From the IMG/VR virus record IMGVR_UViG_3300033156_000251, positions 1 through 50,623 of that record: 50,623 bases of DNA. One strand, given 5' to 3'. Below the pieces are notes generated by a model. The model was given only the letters and a program-made list of their open reading frames with translations, had not been told where the DNA came from and made no database searches. Of the stretch, positions 47,187 to 50,623 are shown one piece after another. The first letter of the stretch is position 1. Each line of letters opens with the position of its first letter. The position numbers were made by a program, and so were the translations under genes. This DNA comes from a virus (Duplodnaviria; Caudoviricetes).

Positions 47187-47205
47187 AAAAGAAAGGAGCA
47201 TAACT

Positions 47206-48231
47206 ATGGCAAAAAAGAAAAGAAAAGTAGATGATGAGCATGTTGTTGTACCTGTGGATGACCAGCTTGATGAGATATTTGAAAGGTCTTGGGGAGAAGT
47301 AGAAGCTAAGTCCTTCGATGAAATCCCTGATGGGACCTATCAGACAAGAGTTATAGCAGCGGTCATTAACAATGCTCACAGCAGTGGGCGACTACAATGT
47401 AGTTGGGAGTTTCTGATTGTAGAGGGTGAATATAAAGGAAGACACATTTATTTGCACCAGGGTCTGAACACAGAGGATGGTATTGCCTACTTCAAAGGTA
47501 GTTTAGTTCGCTTAGGTTATGACGAACCCAAGTCCTCTCAAGAGCTTAAAAAGACGCTTGAGGAGATAGTTGAAGGACCCACCTATGCTGTTGTTCGACT
47601 TTCAACTCGTAAGAGAAGGGTTGAAGGAAAACTACAAGAGATACAAAACAAGCGTATTATAAAAGCTCTTGACTCTGATGAAGTAGATGATGAATTCGAT
47701 GAGGATGAGCTAACCCCTTCTCTTAACGCCACCCCTACTGAAGAAGAAGAAGAAGCCCTTCCGGATGAGGAAGAAGAAGAGGTAGAGGAAGAGGAAGAAG
47801 AGGAAGAAGAGGAAGAAGAGGAAGAAGAGGAAGAGATTACTCTTCAAAAAGGTGACCGGGTAAGTGCTGAAATTGAAGGTGAAGTCTATGAAGGAACAGT
47901 GCTTAAGGTTAAGAAGAACACTGCTCTTGTAGAATTTGACGATGGAGATCAACTTGATATAGAATTGGATGACCTTGAAAAGCTACCCTCTGGTGAAGAG
48001 GAAGATGAAGATGAAGAAGAAGAACCAAGTTGTAGCCTAGCTTCTACAAAATTCAGTCCTGCCAACAGACGAGCGCTTAAAAAGCTTGCTAAACAGCATG
48101 ACTTTGACCCCAAAGACTTTAACAACAATGCCGAACTACTATGTGAGATAGGTGACTACTGTGGTTTATCAGGTGAGTTCAAGAACCCTTCAATCTTAAT
48201 CAAAGCCATTGAGGAAGTAGCGGCAGAATGA
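47206..48231 (+). CDS. DUF669-like ssDNA-binding protein with poly-Glu linker and Tudor/SH3-like domain
   Basis: FDEIPDGTY...W.F.I.EGEYKGR; lies next to the Sak4-like and exonuclease genes. AAGGAG RBS before ATG 47206. Confidence 0.75.
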   Translation: MAKKKRKVDDEHVVVPVDDQLDEIFERSWGEVEAKSFDEIPDGTYQTRVIAAVINNAHSSGRLQCSWEFLIVEGEYKGRHIYLHQGLNTEDGIAYFKGSLVRLGYDEPKSSQELKKTLEEIVEGPTYAVVRLSTRKRRVEGKLQEIQNKRIIKALDSDEVDDEFDEDELTPSLNATPTEEEEEALPDEEEEEVEEEEEEEEEEEEEEEEEITLQKGDRVSAEIEGEVYEGTVLKVKKNTALVEFDDGDQLDIELDDLEKLPSGEEEDEDEEEEPSCSLASTKFSPANRRALKKLAKQHDFDPKDFNNNAELLCEIGDYCGLSGEFKNPSILIKAIEEVAAE

Positions 48232-50623
48232 TTACTTCATTAGTTAGATACGTTCGGAAGCACGTAAATCCCGAGGAGTATTATAAGTCTATCTTCCCCG
48301 AGGTATCCTGGGCTCCTGGAAGTTCTGAGGCTAAGGTTCTTTCTCCATTTATAGAGGAGAAAGAGCCTAGCCTTACTCTTAACAAAGAGACAGGCGCATG
48401 GTATTCTTTTTGTGCCTCAGACAGAAGAGGTGGTAGTTCTATCGTGTCTTTTCAAGCAGCTTATGACGAGTGTAGTAATAAAGAGGCTGCTATGACTATA
48501 TATCACAGGTTCATACACCCTGTGGTTAATGAGTCGGTTATTCGTAAATATGCGAGAAGATTGTACAAGACTCCAACTGTTCTAAAATATCTTCGCAGTC
48601 GTCGACTCAGTAGCAAAGTTATAAAGAACTTCAAGCTAGGTTGGAACGGCAGTAGAATCACTATACCTATTTACAACGAGCTAGATGTATGCACCAATGT
48701 TAAAATGTATGACCCTAGCAAGAAAACCAAATATAAGATGATAAATTACAAACACTCCAAAGAATCTCGTTCTTACGGCAGTCCTGCTATTCTATATCCT
48801 GTAAAAGAAGTAATAGAAGCTAGTCCTGAAGAACCACTGTTCATCTGTGAGGGCGAGTGGGATGCTCTTAGTTTAATAGGCTTGGGTCTAAGAGCTGTTA
48901 CTTCAACTGCAGGTGCTGGTACTTGGCCCGGGTTCTACAATGAGCTGTTTAAAGACAGACTGGTTGTATTAGTTTATGATAATGATAAAGCAGGTAAAGA
49001 AGGTGCTAAGTTAGTCTTTAAGCAGTTGTTGAATATAGCTAAAACCATTAAGCAATTAGAAGTCCCTAAAAAGTATGGCAAAGATGTTAATGACTACATT
49101 CTTAAAAAGCCTAAAACAAGAATTGGTCAATTCTGGTTGGATTGGGTAAATCGAGTAGAACCATTAGTAGTCAATCCAGATAAACTCGTGAGTACACCAA
49201 AAGCTGAAGTTATAGAAGTTTCACTTGACCAGGCTAGTAATGCTGACTATTACAATAATAGACTAAGAGTTCAAGCCTTAGTAGCAGGTAAGGACTATGA
49301 GCCTTATCTACTCACTAAAAAGGCTAGGGTCATTTGCGAAGGTAGTTGTGAGAATTGTCCTATAGCAGAAAGTCAAAATGGTTATAAAGAGTTAGAGTTA
49401 AATTATGATGACTCTATGGTACTTAAAATGATTGATGCTACGGACGAGCTCATACGCAGGATGATACTCTGCAAAGTAGGTGTGCCGAAGATTAAAAGTT
49501 GTAAGGCAAGAGTGGAAAGGTTGGAGACCTTTAATGTCTTACGAATAAGTATCATACCTACCCTAGACTCCCAGTCAAGAGAATACACTACCAAAACAGC
49601 TTACTACATCGGACAAAATCTACTGGCTAATAAGGCCTATCAGTTTGAGGGCGTTTTAGTACCGCTACCAAAAAACCAATGTGCTACTTTCCTATTCGAT
49701 ACTGCCAGGCCTCTACAAAGTGATATAGATAGTTTTGAACTGACACGAAAACAGGCTCATAAATTAGCAGCTAATTTTAAACCCAAAAATCTAACTTATT
49801 TAGGCAAATTACAAGATATAGCAGACTGGCAATCTTCGTATGTTACTAAGATAATCAATAGGCCCAATCTACATATCGCCGTAGACTTAGCTTTTCATTC
49901 TGTATCTTCCTTTTGGTTTAACCAAGAGTTTGTCCCTCGTGGAATGTTGGATATATTGATTTTAGGTGACACCAAATGCGGCAAGGGCTATGTCACTGAA
50001 AGGCTATGCAAGTTTTATAAACTAGGTGATGTAGCTTCAGGTGATAATTGCAGCTTTGCTGGTTTAGTTGGAGGTCTTCAGAAATTAAATAGCAACTGGA
50101 GAATAAGCTGGGGGCTTCTACCCCTAAACCATAAAAGGCTAGTTATTATAGATGAAGCTTCAAGTATGACGAAGAGAGATATAAGTAGGATGAGCCGTAT
50201 ACGTTCCGAAGGCGTGGCTGAGCTAGTGAAGATAATCAGAGAAACTACTCAAGCTAATGTCCGACTGATATGGCTTTCTAACCCTCGTAGTGGTAACAAG
50301 ATGTATACCTACAACACAGGTGTAGAAGCTGTTAGAGAGCTAATTGGAGCTGTAGAAGATATTAGCCGATTTGATTTTGTTTTTACCGTAGCAACTGATG
50401 AAGTAGCAAGCGAGGATATAAACATCTTTGCTAAGCAGTTTACGCATAAGAATTTCTCAGGTGATTATGAACAGGAGTTGTTCCAAGCTCTAGTTATGTG
50501 GGCCTGGTCAAGAAAGCCTGAACAAGTAGTCTTTACAGACAAAGCCACTAGAAAGATTGTAAATAAGACTACAGAGTTCGCTGAAAAATACTCTTCTGCT
50601 ATACCCATTGTTCAATCCGAAAA
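48228..50623 (+). CDS. DnaG-type TOPRIM primase fused to an MCM-family helicase (wraps to 583)
   Basis: Hand translation: ICEGEWD, YDNDKAG, KDVND (TOPRIM); LGDTKCGKG, SFAGLVGG, VIIDE, LSNP, SRFD (MCM). Missed by the ORF track because there is no stop before the window end. Confidence 0.9.
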   Translation, partial: MITSLVRYVRKHVNPEEYYKSIFPEVSWAPGSSEAKVLSPFIEEKEPSLTLNKETGAWYSFCASDRRGGSSIVSFQAAYDECSNKEAAMTIYHRFIHPVVNESVIRKYARRLYKTPTVLKYLRSRRLSSKVIKNFKLGWNGSRITIPIYNELDVCTNVKMYDPSKKTKYKMINYKHSKESRSYGSPAILYPVKEVIEASPEEPLFICEGEWDALSLIGLGLRAVTSTAGAGTWPGFYNELFKDRLVVLVYDNDKAGKEGAKLVFKQLLNIAKTIKQLEVPKKYGKDVNDYILKKPKTRIGQFWLDWVNRVEPLVVNPDKLVSTPKAEVIEVSLDQASNADYYNNRLRVQALVAGKDYEPYLLTKKARVICEGSCENCPIAESQNGYKELELNYDDSMVLKMIDATDELIRRMILCKVGVPKIKSCKARVERLETFNVLRISIIPTLDSQSREYTTKTAYYIGQNLLANKAYQFEGVLVPLPKNQCATFLFDTARPLQSDIDSFELTRKQAHKLAANFKPKNLTYLGKLQDIADWQSSYVTKIINRPNLHIAVDLAFHSVSSFWFNQEFVPRGMLDILILGDTKCGKGYVTERLCKFYKLGDVASGDNCSFAGLVGGLQKLNSNWRISWGLLPLNHKRLVIIDEASSMTKRDISRMSRIRSEGVAELVKIIRETTQANVRLIWLSNPRSGNKMYTYNTGVEAVRELIGAVEDISRFDFVFTVATDEVASEDINIFAKQFTHKNFSGDYEQELFQALVMWAWSRKPEQVVFTDKATRKIVNKTTEFAEKYSSAIPIVQSE
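50510..50623. repeat. Terminal overlap, identical to 1-114
   Basis: Exact 114-nt match. Confidence 0.97.

Noticed and set aside
47740-47835. GAA/GAG repeat tract as a DNA-level element
   Set aside because: Explained by the poly-Glu linker of the SSB-like protein.
50510-50623. 114-bp repeat as a biological direct terminal repeat or att site
   Set aside because: It falls mid-gene and is most simply an assembly overlap of a circular contig.
1-50623. Stop-codon reassignment suggested by frequent TAG/CTA
   Set aside because: Genes tile densely under the standard code, and TAG is used as a real stop (e.g. the tail chaperone and tape measure genes).

Overview
The window is an apparently complete, circularly permuted tailed-phage genome of about 50,509 bp: bases 1-114 recur exactly at 50510-50623, and a primase-helicase gene runs in frame across the junction. 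It has siphovirus-type morphogenesis genes on the - strand (12023-39249) and replication, nucleotide-metabolism and early genes on the + strand (39849-50623 and 1-11671). I found no integrase, tRNA, CRISPR array or clear endolysin. The most striking element is a candidate ~66-nt sRNA at ~7780-7845 with its own sigma70-like promoter and terminator. Its 5' hairpin carries a canonical CsrA site (CAGGAAG). Its terminator loop is the exact reverse complement of a 12-13 nt extended ribosome-binding motif (GGAGCAACGCAA) found before six phage start codons. The phage also encodes its own CsrA, which suggests a CsrA/sRNA translational regulon. Other notable elements: a shared ~35-aa 'RxxLRKLGHxGG' module in four unrelated proteins; a MuF head protein with three tandem ADP-ribosyltransferase domains; a prohead-protease polyprotein carrying nucleotidyltransferase, methyltransferase, DNA ligase and LigD-phosphoesterase-like domains; three thymidylate-synthase-fold paralogs with the dCMP-type Asp; a PolA lacking the invariant O-helix lysine; a DnaG-MCM fusion; and eight copies of a 29-bp intergenic palindrome. 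All calls come from reading motifs by eye; no searches were run.
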